DNA of 64,000 nt from an uncultured Hyphomicrobiaceae bacterium (GTDB lineage: Bacteria; Pseudomonadota; Alphaproteobacteria; Rhizobiales; Hyphomicrobiaceae), in contig CAJQQK010000104.1 of the NCBI GenBank assembly GCA_905480435.1, positions 5,523-69,522 of the forward strand, in the 5' to 3' direction. The notes under the pieces are model-generated. The model saw nothing but the letters and a program-made list of their open reading frames with translations, searched no databases and was not told the origin of the DNA. Shown piece by piece: positions 20,007 through 29,312 of this stretch; the stretch's first letter is position 1; each line of letters opens with the position of its first letter. A program made the position numbers and the translations under genes.

Positions 20007-20846
20007 CTAGGCAATATACTCAAGGACGCTGTCGAACGTCTCTTCGCGCACCACGACCCGGCTGGCTTCATCGATGATGGGTACTTCGGCTGCCTTAGCG
20101 ATCCGACGTATCTCGCTTAGGTCGCCAACTTTTACAACAAGCGCGCCAAAGATTGATGTCCGCTCTGCCAGTGACGACGCGAGAGCACCGTAACGTCCTC
20201 TGTAAGCGGCGGACGACAGAAAACTGATCTTCGCGCCATCCAGTTTGACACTCAGCTGATCACCCGCGCCTTCAACATCGGCGCGCAGCAGCTTGGCCAT
20301 GTCTTCCGCCTCGCCGCGATGATTGTCGGACGCCACAACGAACTCCGGCAACGCGAGAGCGCCATTGCCATGGCTTTGCCATTCCGGACGCCAGACCAGC
20401 TCGGGCGTGCCATGCTCGCAAAAATATACGCGCCCACCAGGGAACGCATCATGGCGCACATGTACGGTTCGGAAGCACGCATCAAACGTACCGTCTGGCA
20501 ACTTAACAGGGCGCGAGAACGATTTTGGCGGATCACCCGCCATGCCGACCGCCTGGAGATGCGCATACGTCTCGTCGACATCGGATGTCTTGAACACAAG
20601 CCCGTTGATACCGTATGCCGCGTTCTCAATATCCGGCCTGCCCGACTGCTTTTCTTTGGCGTCAGCTGGCAGCCCGATCAACTCCAGATAGTCACTGCCG
20701 AACATCATAAGATGGTTGATCGAACCGAGCGTGTGATAACCACGCTCGGTCAAATGGAAACCTAACGCGCGGAACCGGTCAGCTGCCTGATCCATCTCGT
20801 AGCGGACATTGATCACGGTATGATCGAGCTGTACCAGTTGCGCCAT
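20007..20846 (-). CDS. VOC/glyoxalase-like domain protein
   Basis: LDHTVINVRYEMDQAADRFRALGFHLTERGYHTLGSINHLMMFGSDYLELIG resembles the glyoxalase-like fold. Stop is only 12 nt upstream of the larC start. Confidence 0.6.
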   Translation of the reverse strand: MAQLVQLDHTVINVRYEMDQAADRFRALGFHLTERGYHTLGSINHLMMFGSDYLELIGLPADAKEKQSGRPDIENAAYGINGLVFKTSDVDETYAHLQAVGMAGDPPKSFSRPVKLPDGTFDACFRTVHVRHDAFPGGRVYFCEHGTPELVWRPEWQSHGNGALALPEFVVASDNHRGEAEDMAKLLRADVEGAGDQLSVKLDGAKISFLSSAAYRGRYGALASSLAERTSIFGALVVKVGDLSEIRRIAKAAEVPIIDEASRVVVREETFDSVLEYIA

Positions 20847-20894
20847 TGTCGTTTCCTCTATCTGTCAGGCAATCTGCGTTTCAACTTCTGTGAC

Positions 20895-21722
20895 CTAAAC
20901 CGGCCGATCCCCCTTGACCGTCACACGATAGCCGGAGCGGGTGTTCGGAAAATAATCCCAGATCGCAAGGTGCTGTACTGCCCGGTTGTCCCAAAACGCC
21001 ACCGAATTTGGCTTCCACCGAAAACGCACATGAAAATCTGCATTAGCGCAATGCTCATGCAGCATCCGTAAGATGCTTTCACTTTCGAGACGTGGCACGT
21101 CGTTAATGCGCATCGTAAAGATCGGGTTGACGAACAGCGCCTTGCGGCCCGTCTCTGGATGTGTGCGAACCACCGGATGGTCGGCGCTCGGGTACACCAT
21201 GCGGCTGTCATCGGAGACCATATCTTTGTATCGGCCGCGATATTGCTGCTCACCATCGTGCCGAGCCGTGAGACCATCAAGGTATGCCTTCATGCGATCC
21301 GAAAGCGCATCGTAGGCGGCACACATGTTGGAGAACAGCGTGTCGCCACCAAACTCAGGAACCGTGTGCAAATGAAGAATGGAGCCGAGCGGCGGCTCCT
21401 CATCGCACGACACATCCGAATGCCAACGCTCGCCTGCAATATACGTTGAAGTCTTATCCGCGTGGATCGGCAAGATCTCTGGATGCCCTTCTGGCCCTGG
21501 TATCGCCGGGTGGACGTGCAGCTCACCAAACAACCGGCCAAACGCCTTGTGGCTGTCATGATCAAGTTCCTGGTCGCGAAAGAAGATCACGCAATGCTCT
21601 TTGAGCGCCTCGTGTACTTCGTGTGAGGTTCGATTATCCAACGGTTTGGTCAGATCAACGCCTTCGATTTCCGCTCCGATCCGTGCCGTCATCGGATTGA
21701 CCTTGATGACTTCGTATTGCAT
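20895..21722 (-). CDS. TauD/TfdA-family Fe(II)/2-oxoglutarate dioxygenase
   Basis: ARIGAEIEGVDL start region, HxD motif WHSDVSCDEEPP, SILHLHTVPEFGGDTLF, and C-terminal WDNRAVQH. Confidence 0.9.
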   Translation of the reverse strand: MQYEVIKVNPMTARIGAEIEGVDLTKPLDNRTSHEVHEALKEHCVIFFRDQELDHDSHKAFGRLFGELHVHPAIPGPEGHPEILPIHADKTSTYIAGERWHSDVSCDEEPPLGSILHLHTVPEFGGDTLFSNMCAAYDALSDRMKAYLDGLTARHDGEQQYRGRYKDMVSDDSRMVYPSADHPVVRTHPETGRKALFVNPIFTMRINDVPRLESESILRMLHEHCANADFHVRFRWKPNSVAFWDNRAVQHLAIWDYFPNTRSGYRVTVKGDRPV

Positions 21723-21831
21723 GTGCCGTTCCCTCTATCTTGTGATCGCTGCAATGGCGCCTTGTTCGACGTCCACCTTAGGTATTGACCTGTTTCAGCG
21801 TCAATTTTGGATGCGATGACTGCGCTGCATC

Positions 21832-22719
21832 CTAATCTATTCGACCCAATTGGTCTTGTTTGATCGGAATCTGCATCCGATCCTCGCCCCAGATGATCGT
21901 ACCGCCATAGATCGCGCTCATCTCAGCGATGATTTTCTCGCGCAGGCCCGGTGCATCGATCTGCTCGGTCATGTGCGTCAGGACCACCGAGCCGACGCCA
22001 GCCTGCTCGGCGACGTGGGCCGTGTCGATGTGATTGCCACAGAACCGACGGTAGGCTTCATTCGGTTCAGAACCGGAATAATAATGGTTCATGTGCACCA
22101 GGACGTCACAGCCTTTCGCTAGCTTGACGATCGCCGGGCACACACCGCCACTGTCGCCGCTATAGCAGATCGACCCTGTGTCGCTTTCAAAGCGGAAGGC
22201 GAGACAATTCAGATACGGCTGCGCATGCCAACCGGAACCGACTGTGACGCGCCAATTATCCGTCTCAATCTTATCGCCGTCCTCAAGCTCCCGGACAACA
22301 GGTGCTGGCGGCAGACGTGGCAGCACGCCACCTCTGGCCTCATAGATATCCAAACTTGCGGTGTGCTCGGTGCGCGCCTTGATGTCAGGTCCATAGATAC
22401 CATCGGGGCCAATCAGCTGGTTGGTAATGCGCTCGATCGGACTTGGCCCATAAACCTGCAGCGGCGGCAGCTTGCCACCGCTTTGATCCCAGCGCGTCAT
22501 CAACAGGCGCGGATAGTCCATGAAATGATCGTAGTGCAGATGACTGAGGAAACAGTGCGTCACCTCGGTTGCCTGCCGGCCCAATTCGAGAAATCGATGA
22601 TGCGCGCCTGGACCATGATCGATCACGATGACGTCGTCGCCAATCTCCAGCAGATACCCCGACGACATCCGCTTCAGCGACGGCCCCGGTGTGCCGGTGC
22701 CCAGCAATGTGAATTTCAT
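21832..22719 (-). CDS. MBL-fold metallo-hydrolase
   Basis: MKFTLLGTGTPGP..., HxHxDH motif (SHLHYDH). Confidence 0.85.
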   Translation of the reverse strand: MKFTLLGTGTPGPSLKRMSSGYLLEIGDDVIVIDHGPGAHHRFLELGRQATEVTHCFLSHLHYDHFMDYPRLLMTRWDQSGGKLPPLQVYGPSPIERITNQLIGPDGIYGPDIKARTEHTASLDIYEARGGVLPRLPPAPVVRELEDGDKIETDNWRVTVGSGWHAQPYLNCLAFRFESDTGSICYSGDSGGVCPAIVKLAKGCDVLVHMNHYYSGSEPNEAYRRFCGNHIDTAHVAEQAGVGSVVLTHMTEQIDAPGLREKIIAEMSAIYGGTIIWGEDRMQIPIKQDQLGRID

Positions 22720-22841
22720 AATGCACTCCTCTGCGCGACGCTTTGCAGCCTCACAAATTCAGACGTGATTGGCAGAACCTCGCTTTGATGCGAACGTGCC
22801 GCTCGGCAAACACTGCAAAATCTCTACAGGAAAACGGAACC

Positions 22842-24146
22842 ATGCACGATCCAGCACGACGAACAATCACGGAGTTGGCAGCGGCCCTCGGTTCAGGCGA
22901 GCTAAAGCCATCCGAGGTCATTGACGCTTGTCTTGCGCAAGCCGATGCGTGCGAAAGTGACGTCCGTGCCTGGGCGCACCTTGGTGCCGATAATGCTCGG
23001 ATGGCAGCCCGACTGTTGGACCAGATATCGTCAACAGGTCCCCTTTATGGCGTTCCCTTCGGCATCAAAGACATCATCGAGACGAGCGACATGCCAACCG
23101 GCTATGGCACGCCGATCTATCACCATCACCAGCCAGCCAGAGATGCAGCCTGTGTCGCCCTGCTGCGAGAAGCCAGCGGCGTGTGTCTCGGCAAAACCGT
23201 GACAACCGAGCTGGCCCACTTTCATCCAGGCAAAACCCGCAACCCGCATGGCCTGACACACACGCCGGGCGGCTCCTCAAGCGGCAGCGCCGCAGCCGTT
23301 GCCGCATGTATGGTCCCCGTCGCTCTTGGCACCCAAACAACGGGCTCCGTACTGCGGCCTGCCTCATACTGCGGTGTCTATGGCTTCAAGCCGAGCTTTG
23401 GCGATGTCAGCCGCTCCGGCGTCATGGAGTGCGTTTCCAGCTTTGACACGGTCGGCTGGTTTACACGCAGCGTTGCTGATGTCGAGATCGTTCGCCAAGC
23501 CTTAGTCCGCATCCCGTTCGTGCCATTGCAAAAGCCTGCAACAACAAGCCTTCGCGTCGGACTTTTTCGCGGACCGGACTGGGCTGAGGCCGAAGACTAC
23601 ACCAAGGAACTGCTTGAGGGAGCCGCAAGCAAGCTCGCCAAAGCCGGCGCCAATGTTTCGGACGTAGCCTCACCAGATGGTTTCGGAGACATCGCAACCC
23701 ATCACAGAACCATCGCCGGTTATGAATTTGCCCGCGCCATCACCTGGGAGCGAACACAACGCGCGCCACTGCTTAGCCCCAAACTGGTAGACGGTCGCTG
23801 CGCCGATGGCCTCGCTTCAACCTACGAACAATACGCCGAAGCACAGAGCGCGCTGGTCCGGCAACGCGCGCAATACGCCCAAATGATGGAAGCATACGAT
23901 GTCTTGTTAACGCCATCAGCACCCGGCGAAGCCTGGTCGGGCCTCGGCGCAACCGGTGTCCCAACCTTCAACACCGCATGGACCGCTTTGCATGTTCCGG
24001 CACTTAGCGCACCCGCGTTCAGCGGCCCTTCCGGCATGCCGGTCGGCTTGCAATTGGTTGGCAAATTCCGTCAAGACGCGGCCTTGCTCGGCGCCGCCGA
24101 AACGGTCTGTGCAGCCTTGGACGTCGAGATCGTTCGCGGCGTGTAA
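22842..24146 (+). CDS. Amidase (amidase-signature family)
   Basis: GGSSSGSAAAVA signature and FGIKD motif. ATG 22842 chosen; the ORF track starts at 22743. Confidence 0.9.
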   Translation: MHDPARRTITELAAALGSGELKPSEVIDACLAQADACESDVRAWAHLGADNARMAARLLDQISSTGPLYGVPFGIKDIIETSDMPTGYGTPIYHHHQPARDAACVALLREASGVCLGKTVTTELAHFHPGKTRNPHGLTHTPGGSSSGSAAAVAACMVPVALGTQTTGSVLRPASYCGVYGFKPSFGDVSRSGVMECVSSFDTVGWFTRSVADVEIVRQALVRIPFVPLQKPATTSLRVGLFRGPDWAEAEDYTKELLEGAASKLAKAGANVSDVASPDGFGDIATHHRTIAGYEFARAITWERTQRAPLLSPKLVDGRCADGLASTYEQYAEAQSALVRQRAQYAQMMEAYDVLLTPSAPGEAWSGLGATGVPTFNTAWTALHVPALSAPAFSGPSGMPVGLQLVGKFRQDAALLGAAETVCAALDVEIVRGV

Positions 24147-24179
24147 AACTGCGTACCGTTACAACCGACCACAAAAAAA

Positions 24180-24199
24180 GGCGGGTCCCGAGACCCGCC
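24180..24199. terminator. Bidirectional hairpin terminator between the convergent amidase and TRAP genes
   Basis: GGCGGGTC-CCGA-GACCCGCC, flanked by AAAAAAA upstream and TTTAT downstream. Confidence 0.75.
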
Positions 24200-24228
24200 T
24201 TTATATTCTAAATCCGCGTTCACGTGCT

Positions 24229-25512
24229 TTAGTTGAAGATCGATACCACTGCCATGCTCGGCAGCCAAAGTACGAGTATCGGGAACAACATGCACAGGAT
24301 GAGCACGCACCCGTCTGTGCACAGGAACGGGAATGAGCCTTTCATCACTGTCGTCACCGGCACCTTGGTGGTGCCGCTGACCGCGAACAGATTGAGACCG
24401 ACCGGCGGGATCACCGCGCCCATCTCGATGCAAAGCGCAAACAGAACGCCAAGGTGGATCGGGTCGATGCCAAGCGAGATCGAAACCGGGTGAATGATCG
24501 GCACGATCAACACCAGAATGGCAACGCCCGTTAGGAACATCGACAGCAGCAACAGGACAACCATCAGCAACGCCAGGAAGCCGAGCGGCGAAAGCCCCAT
24601 GCCGGTGACCCATTCCGCGATGTCCTGTGGCCAGCCTTGGTTGGCGAGCAGAAACTGGAAGATGCCAACGCCGCCGAGTAGGAAGAACAGGATCGCCGTC
24701 AAGTTCACCGCACGCGACGTGGCCGCCAACATCTGCGGATAGAAATCCTTCTTCATCGACAGGAAGCCATAGACCATCGCGTAGGCACACGCCCCAGCGC
24801 CCGCCTCCGTCGGTGTCATGACACCACCATAGAGCCCGCCGAGCACGAAGACCGGCATCAACAGTGCCGGCAATGCCGCGACCCCAGCCGACTTGAATTC
24901 GGTCCAGCTGAATTGATTGGCCGGCAATTTGATGATCAGCGCCATTGTCATCACGATGATGGCGTCACTGAACGCGAGCATCAAACCCGGTACAATGCCG
25001 GCAAAGAACAGCTTGATGATCGATTCGTCCGTGAGCACGCCATAGAGGATGAGCGTGATACTCGGCGGAATGAGAATCGCGATGCCGCCGCCGGTCGCGA
25101 TCACGCCAGCGGCCATCCAGGTCGGATAACCGCGTTTGATCATTTCCGGAAAGGCCACGACGCCCATTGCAGCGGCCATCGCGGTACTCGAACCCGAAAT
25201 CGCACCGAACATCACGGCCGCCAGGATCGTTGCGTAGGCAAAGCCGCCGGGCACCCAGCCAATCATGGCATCGGCGAAGCGGAAGAGTTTTATGATAAGG
25301 CCGGTTCGTTCCATCAGGAAGCCGGCGTAGATGAAGAACGGGATCGCCATCAGCGTGTATTTGTTTACGAAGCTGAAGAACGACCGGAAGATCACCGCTT
25401 CCGACATAGACGGATCGTAAACGATAAAGCCGACTGTGGCGGCGATCAGCGCAAGCGCGATCGGCGCACCGAGTGCCAGCAGAGCAAGGAGTGCGGAGCC
25501 AAGAATTCCCAT
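24229..25512 (-). CDS. TRAP transporter large permease (DctM family)
   Basis: 427-aa polytopic protein with typical DctM sequence. 2-nt gap to the small-permease gene. Confidence 0.9.
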   Translation of the reverse strand: MGILGSALLALLALGAPIALALIAATVGFIVYDPSMSEAVIFRSFFSFVNKYTLMAIPFFIYAGFLMERTGLIIKLFRFADAMIGWVPGGFAYATILAAVMFGAISGSSTAMAAAMGVVAFPEMIKRGYPTWMAAGVIATGGGIAILIPPSITLILYGVLTDESIIKLFFAGIVPGLMLAFSDAIIVMTMALIIKLPANQFSWTEFKSAGVAALPALLMPVFVLGGLYGGVMTPTEAGAGACAYAMVYGFLSMKKDFYPQMLAATSRAVNLTAILFFLLGGVGIFQFLLANQGWPQDIAEWVTGMGLSPLGFLALLMVVLLLLSMFLTGVAILVLIVPIIHPVSISLGIDPIHLGVLFALCIEMGAVIPPVGLNLFAVSGTTKVPVTTVMKGSFPFLCTDGCVLILCMLFPILVLWLPSMAVVSIFN

Positions 25513-25514
25513 GA

Positions 25515-26072
25515 CTAGATGTCAATCCCTTCTTCGACGGGCGCCCAGGTGAAGACGTCCTTGCCCATCAGGGCGCGAATGTCCTGGTAGAGCTGGAAGA
25601 GGCACACAATTGCCAAGAGAAAAAAGGAAACAGCGAGAACTGCCTGAAACGGCCAAATTTCGAGAACCATGCTCTGGGTCTTGCGGCCCATCAACATGGA
25701 ACGCTCGATCGTCGGCATGCCCCACCAGGCAATGGCACCATAGACGACGACAGACATGCCAGTTATGACTGTGCGTATGTAGAGGATCGTGCGTTTATAG
25801 CCGCGGTTATCAAGCATATCAACGGCAGCACTCATGCGCAGATGCGAGCGTTTTGCTTGTGTCACGGCGAAATACAAGAAGAGCGAGCCAACCATGCCGT
25901 ACGTCACAGCATCCTGCCCCCAATCAAAGACCACGCCGAAGATGTAGCGCCGCGCAACCTCAGAGATCGCGAGCCATGTGCCAAGGAACATAGCGAGCAT
26001 CGCAACGTAGGCGACAACGTAATCGAGCAGGAATCGGAACCCGCGATAGAGTTTGTCGACAATCCAGTCCAT
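25515..26072 (-). CDS. TRAP transporter small permease (DctQ family)
   Basis: 185 aa, four hydrophobic segments, located between the DctP and DctM genes. Confidence 0.85.
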   Translation of the reverse strand: MDWIVDKLYRGFRFLLDYVVAYVAMLAMFLGTWLAISEVARRYIFGVVFDWGQDAVTYGMVGSLFLYFAVTQAKRSHLRMSAAVDMLDNRGYKRTILYIRTVITGMSVVVYGAIAWWGMPTIERSMLMGRKTQSMVLEIWPFQAVLAVSFFLLAIVCLFQLYQDIRALMGKDVFTWAPVEEGIDI

Positions 26073-26194
26073 CAGTAGGCTCCCCCGGCCCTCGGCAAAG
26101 ACGACGCATGTCGCGAAGTCCCGCCAGTCAGACGATCAAAAACCGGCCAGTCTGTTGCCAAACCAGCCGGTCTCTTATTCTTCAGTTTCCGATG

Positions 26195-27370
26195 TTACTT
26201 CGCTTTTTTCTTCTTCACGTATTTCATGAACATCGGCTCCATGGCCTTGCAGTCGGTTTTTTCAAGTTCGCTCGAACCCATTGGGTTGGCAGCAACAGCT
26301 GCCTTGGCTTCTTCCGCAAACCTGTCGACCCACTTGTCGGCTTCTTTAGGCGTGTTCTTCTTGATCCAGTCTGATGTCGCCGTACCGAGCTTGGTTGCCA
26401 GAACCTTCGCTTCAGCTGGCTTCATGATGTAGATGCCAGGCTTCGACGGGTCCTTCGTGCCATAGGCATCGATCAGACGTTTGTCGTTGCAGTAGTTGGC
26501 GCGCTTCGCCCATGGCAGCACATCTTTGACCATGATATTCTGAATGATCTTCTGGTGCTCAGGCTTCAGTTTTGCCCACCACTTGTTTGATGCAGCAATG
26601 TAGTAGTAGTCGCCAACGATGCCGTTGATGCCGGCTACAGTGTAGAACGGTGCTTGTTCTTTCACTTTGTTGAAGCCGCCAAGGCTGGTCAGCAGACCGT
26701 CGATGACCTTGGTTTCAAGTGCCGGTGGCACATCGCCAAACGCCATAGTCGTTGGGTTTGCACCGAAAGCACGCAACATTGCGTTTTCAGCTGGGCCCAT
26801 CGAGCGCATCTTCTTGCCTTTGAAATCGGCAGGTGAAATCAGGCGCGAACCTGAACCAGCACCCATGTAGAAGCTCAAGTGCGCCGAGCCGAAGATTTTG
26901 ACGCCGTGGACTTTGTCAAAGCGCTTTTGGAGCATCTTGAACGTGTCAAAGCCGTCGATCGCATTGATCGCGCCTGGCGTCGTTAGCAGCATCGGGCCAA
27001 CAACAACATTGGTGTATGGATCGAGAATGGCAGTTTTACCAAACTGTCCCCAAGCCATTTCGAGGTTACCCTCAGTCATGGCTTCAACAGCTTCTGGGTT
27101 CTTGTAGAGCGATGAAGAAACGTAGATGCGGACCTTACTGCCCGGAATCGCCGCTTCGACTTTCTCTTTCATGATTTGCATCGCGATGCCGGCCGGGTGT
27201 GGCGGGCCAACGGTGTCGGACGCAATTCGGATCGTGACGCCTTGCGCCATCGCACTTGAGGTTGCAACAGCTGCGGCCAGTGCGACGGTTCCGCCGAGAA
27301 GGCCAACCTTTCGCGCTCGCTCAGCTATAAATCGATTTCCAAACATTCGTATGTCACTCCCTTGTTTCAT
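26195..27370 (-). CDS. TRAP transporter substrate-binding protein (DctP family)
   Basis: Signal peptide ...GTVALAAAVATSSAMAQG and DctP-like body. Alternative start at 27346 (MFGNRF), preceded by AAGGGAG. Confidence 0.85.
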   Translation of the reverse strand: MKQGSDIRMFGNRFIAERARKVGLLGGTVALAAAVATSSAMAQGVTIRIASDTVGPPHPAGIAMQIMKEKVEAAIPGSKVRIYVSSSLYKNPEAVEAMTEGNLEMAWGQFGKTAILDPYTNVVVGPMLLTTPGAINAIDGFDTFKMLQKRFDKVHGVKIFGSAHLSFYMGAGSGSRLISPADFKGKKMRSMGPAENAMLRAFGANPTTMAFGDVPPALETKVIDGLLTSLGGFNKVKEQAPFYTVAGINGIVGDYYYIAASNKWWAKLKPEHQKIIQNIMVKDVLPWAKRANYCNDKRLIDAYGTKDPSKPGIYIMKPAEAKVLATKLGTATSDWIKKNTPKEADKWVDRFAEEAKAAVAANPMGSSELEKTDCKAMEPMFMKYVKKKKAK

Positions 27371-27540
27371 TCGTCCACGCCTGCTTCATTCACAGTTCTT
27401 CGCGCGTAAGACTCAGCGTACTCAAGATATTGCGCCGATGTAACTCTTTTTTTAATCCAACGGACTATATCTCCTTCGTGCTCCGTTTGCCCAACATTTG
27501 TCTACGGACAATTACAACTGCCTAGCTCGGCACGTTAACC

Positions 27541-27915
27541 TTACTGCGGCTCACCTTGAAGATAATACCAGCGCTCATTCTCTCGGACGAACTGGGAGCG
27601 TTCATGCTGCACTTGCGAACGACCATTGATTCGTGAGCTGGCAGTGAATTCAACGGTTGCTTGATCGCCGTCTGACTTGGTTGCGATGATGCGCAATAAC
27701 AGCCACTCTTGGTCCGGAGTAAAGCCGACGCGCTCGACCCGTGTTGAAGGATGCCAGCTCGCAATCAGATAGTCTTCATTTTGCAGTGCGAAAGCTGAAT
27801 AGCGAGACCGCATTAACGCTTCCGCTGTCGGTGGAATTTGCGCGCCAGTGTGATACGGCCCGCAGCAATCGCTGTAGTCGGACGATTCACTTTTCTTGCG
27901 GCATGGACAACGCAT
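27541..27915 (-). CDS. YchJ-family (UPF0225, SEC-C-motif) protein
   Basis: MRCPCRKKSESSDYSDCCGPYH... RSRYSAFAL pattern. Start at 27915 avoids overlap with the upstream dehydrogenase gene. Confidence 0.75.
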   Translation of the reverse strand: MRCPCRKKSESSDYSDCCGPYHTGAQIPPTAEALMRSRYSAFALQNEDYLIASWHPSTRVERVGFTPDQEWLLLRIIATKSDGDQATVEFTASSRINGRSQVQHERSQFVRENERWYYLQGEPQ

Positions 27916-27934
27916 CACAGCCTCACGTCCCCGT

Positions 27935-28927
27935 TCACGAACGCAGAATGATTTTTGCCGTTGCCACGGACCCATCGCGCAATTCACGGAATGCCTCGGC
28001 ACCTTCGCTCAACGGGCGCTGTTCGACCCAGTCGATATCGCCAAAAGTGCCCGCTGCAAGGCCTGCCATGGTCTCACGGAATTCGACCATCGTGTAAGTA
28101 TACGTGCCGATAAATGCGATTTCCTGTAGCGTTAGTTTTCGGATATCCAATCCACCCGTGCCAGATGCGAGACCAATGTGGATAATCGCCCCGCCAGGGC
28201 GCGCCAGATTGCAGGCAGCCTCCCGAGAGCGCTCTCCACCATAGGCATCAATTACCAGATCCACGGTCGATGCCGCCGGCTCATCGGCTGTGCCTGGCAT
28301 GTAGGATTGGAATGTTCCGGCGGCTTGAATAACACCGCGACGCAACTCGCTCATCTCGGCTATTCTGACATCGTGTCCGCCACGCGAACGCACAATGTGG
28401 GCTGCCCCCATGCCGATTGCTCCACCGCCCAGGATGACGATCCGAGCAGCCGTCAGTGGCATCGACAGTGCGCGCTCCGCAAGATTGACCGCATGATAAG
28501 AAACCGCCAATGGCTCCGTCAGCGCCGCCGTTTCGTACGACATTCCCTCGGGCAGTTCGATGATATTGGTCTGTGGGACCGTCAACAGTTCGGCAAACGC
28601 ACCAGGCCGCGGCATCATTGAGATGATCTGACGGCTACTACAGAGGTTTTGCCGACCGCCGAGACACGCATCACATGTCCCACACGTCACCAGCGGATTG
28701 ACCGCAACGCGTTTGCCGGCCATGGGCCCATCAAGCACTTCGCCCGCCGCTTCATGCCCAAGAATCAAAGGCGCGTTGCGGCGCTCGTCGTGACCGAGAT
28801 AAGCATGCATGTCGGAACCGCAAATGCCACACGCGGCAACCTTAACCATAACATCCGCGTTGCTGACCGGATCAGGCTCGTCGCGATATTCGAGGCTCAC
28901 AGGCCCAGTATAGACAAGCGCTTTCAT
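27935..28927 (-). CDS. Zinc-dependent alcohol/polyol dehydrogenase (MDR family)
   Basis: CGICGSDMH and GHEAAGEV zinc motifs, GGGAIG Rossmann motif. Start MKALVYTGP at 28927. Confidence 0.85.
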   Translation of the reverse strand: MKALVYTGPVSLEYRDEPDPVSNADVMVKVAACGICGSDMHAYLGHDERRNAPLILGHEAAGEVLDGPMAGKRVAVNPLVTCGTCDACLGGRQNLCSSRQIISMMPRPGAFAELLTVPQTNIIELPEGMSYETAALTEPLAVSYHAVNLAERALSMPLTAARIVILGGGAIGMGAAHIVRSRGGHDVRIAEMSELRRGVIQAAGTFQSYMPGTADEPAASTVDLVIDAYGGERSREAACNLARPGGAIIHIGLASGTGGLDIRKLTLQEIAFIGTYTYTMVEFRETMAGLAAGTFGDIDWVEQRPLSEGAEAFRELRDGSVATAKIILRS

Positions 28928-29312
28928 TCGTCCCCACTTCGCGATGCCGCAAGCATTCACTGAGTAATGTGTTCGATTACGAACACTTGCGACATGATAT
29001 CAGGCGTTGCCAAGCATCAAACAGGCCCGATAACATCTAAAATCAGACACACCGTTCAACGCAGTCATGGCCAAGAATTATCATTCAATTCGTGCCCTGG
29101 CACCAGCAACTTTGCCAACAGGTTGCACCAGTTAAAACTCAGCACAAATCCTGCCCAACTTGGAGTTGCACAATATTTGTGCGATCTATGCCGCTGCGCG
29201 CGTCAGACAATCAGTTGTTCGTCTGCGCCACGTCTTACGGCATGTTGATGCCGCAAAAGAACGCTACAAGAACATTTCTTAGCAATATCAACAACTACGG
29301 GAGGCATAGAAT

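Noticed and set aside
21723-21831. Short inverted repeats (ATTGAC-N10-GTCAAT and GGATGC-N12-GCATCC on the minus strand) between the MBL and TauD genes, as evidence for an internal promoter or operator.
   Set aside because: The arms are only 6 bp, which is expected by chance in a region of this size. This is not enough to claim a site without comparative or experimental data.
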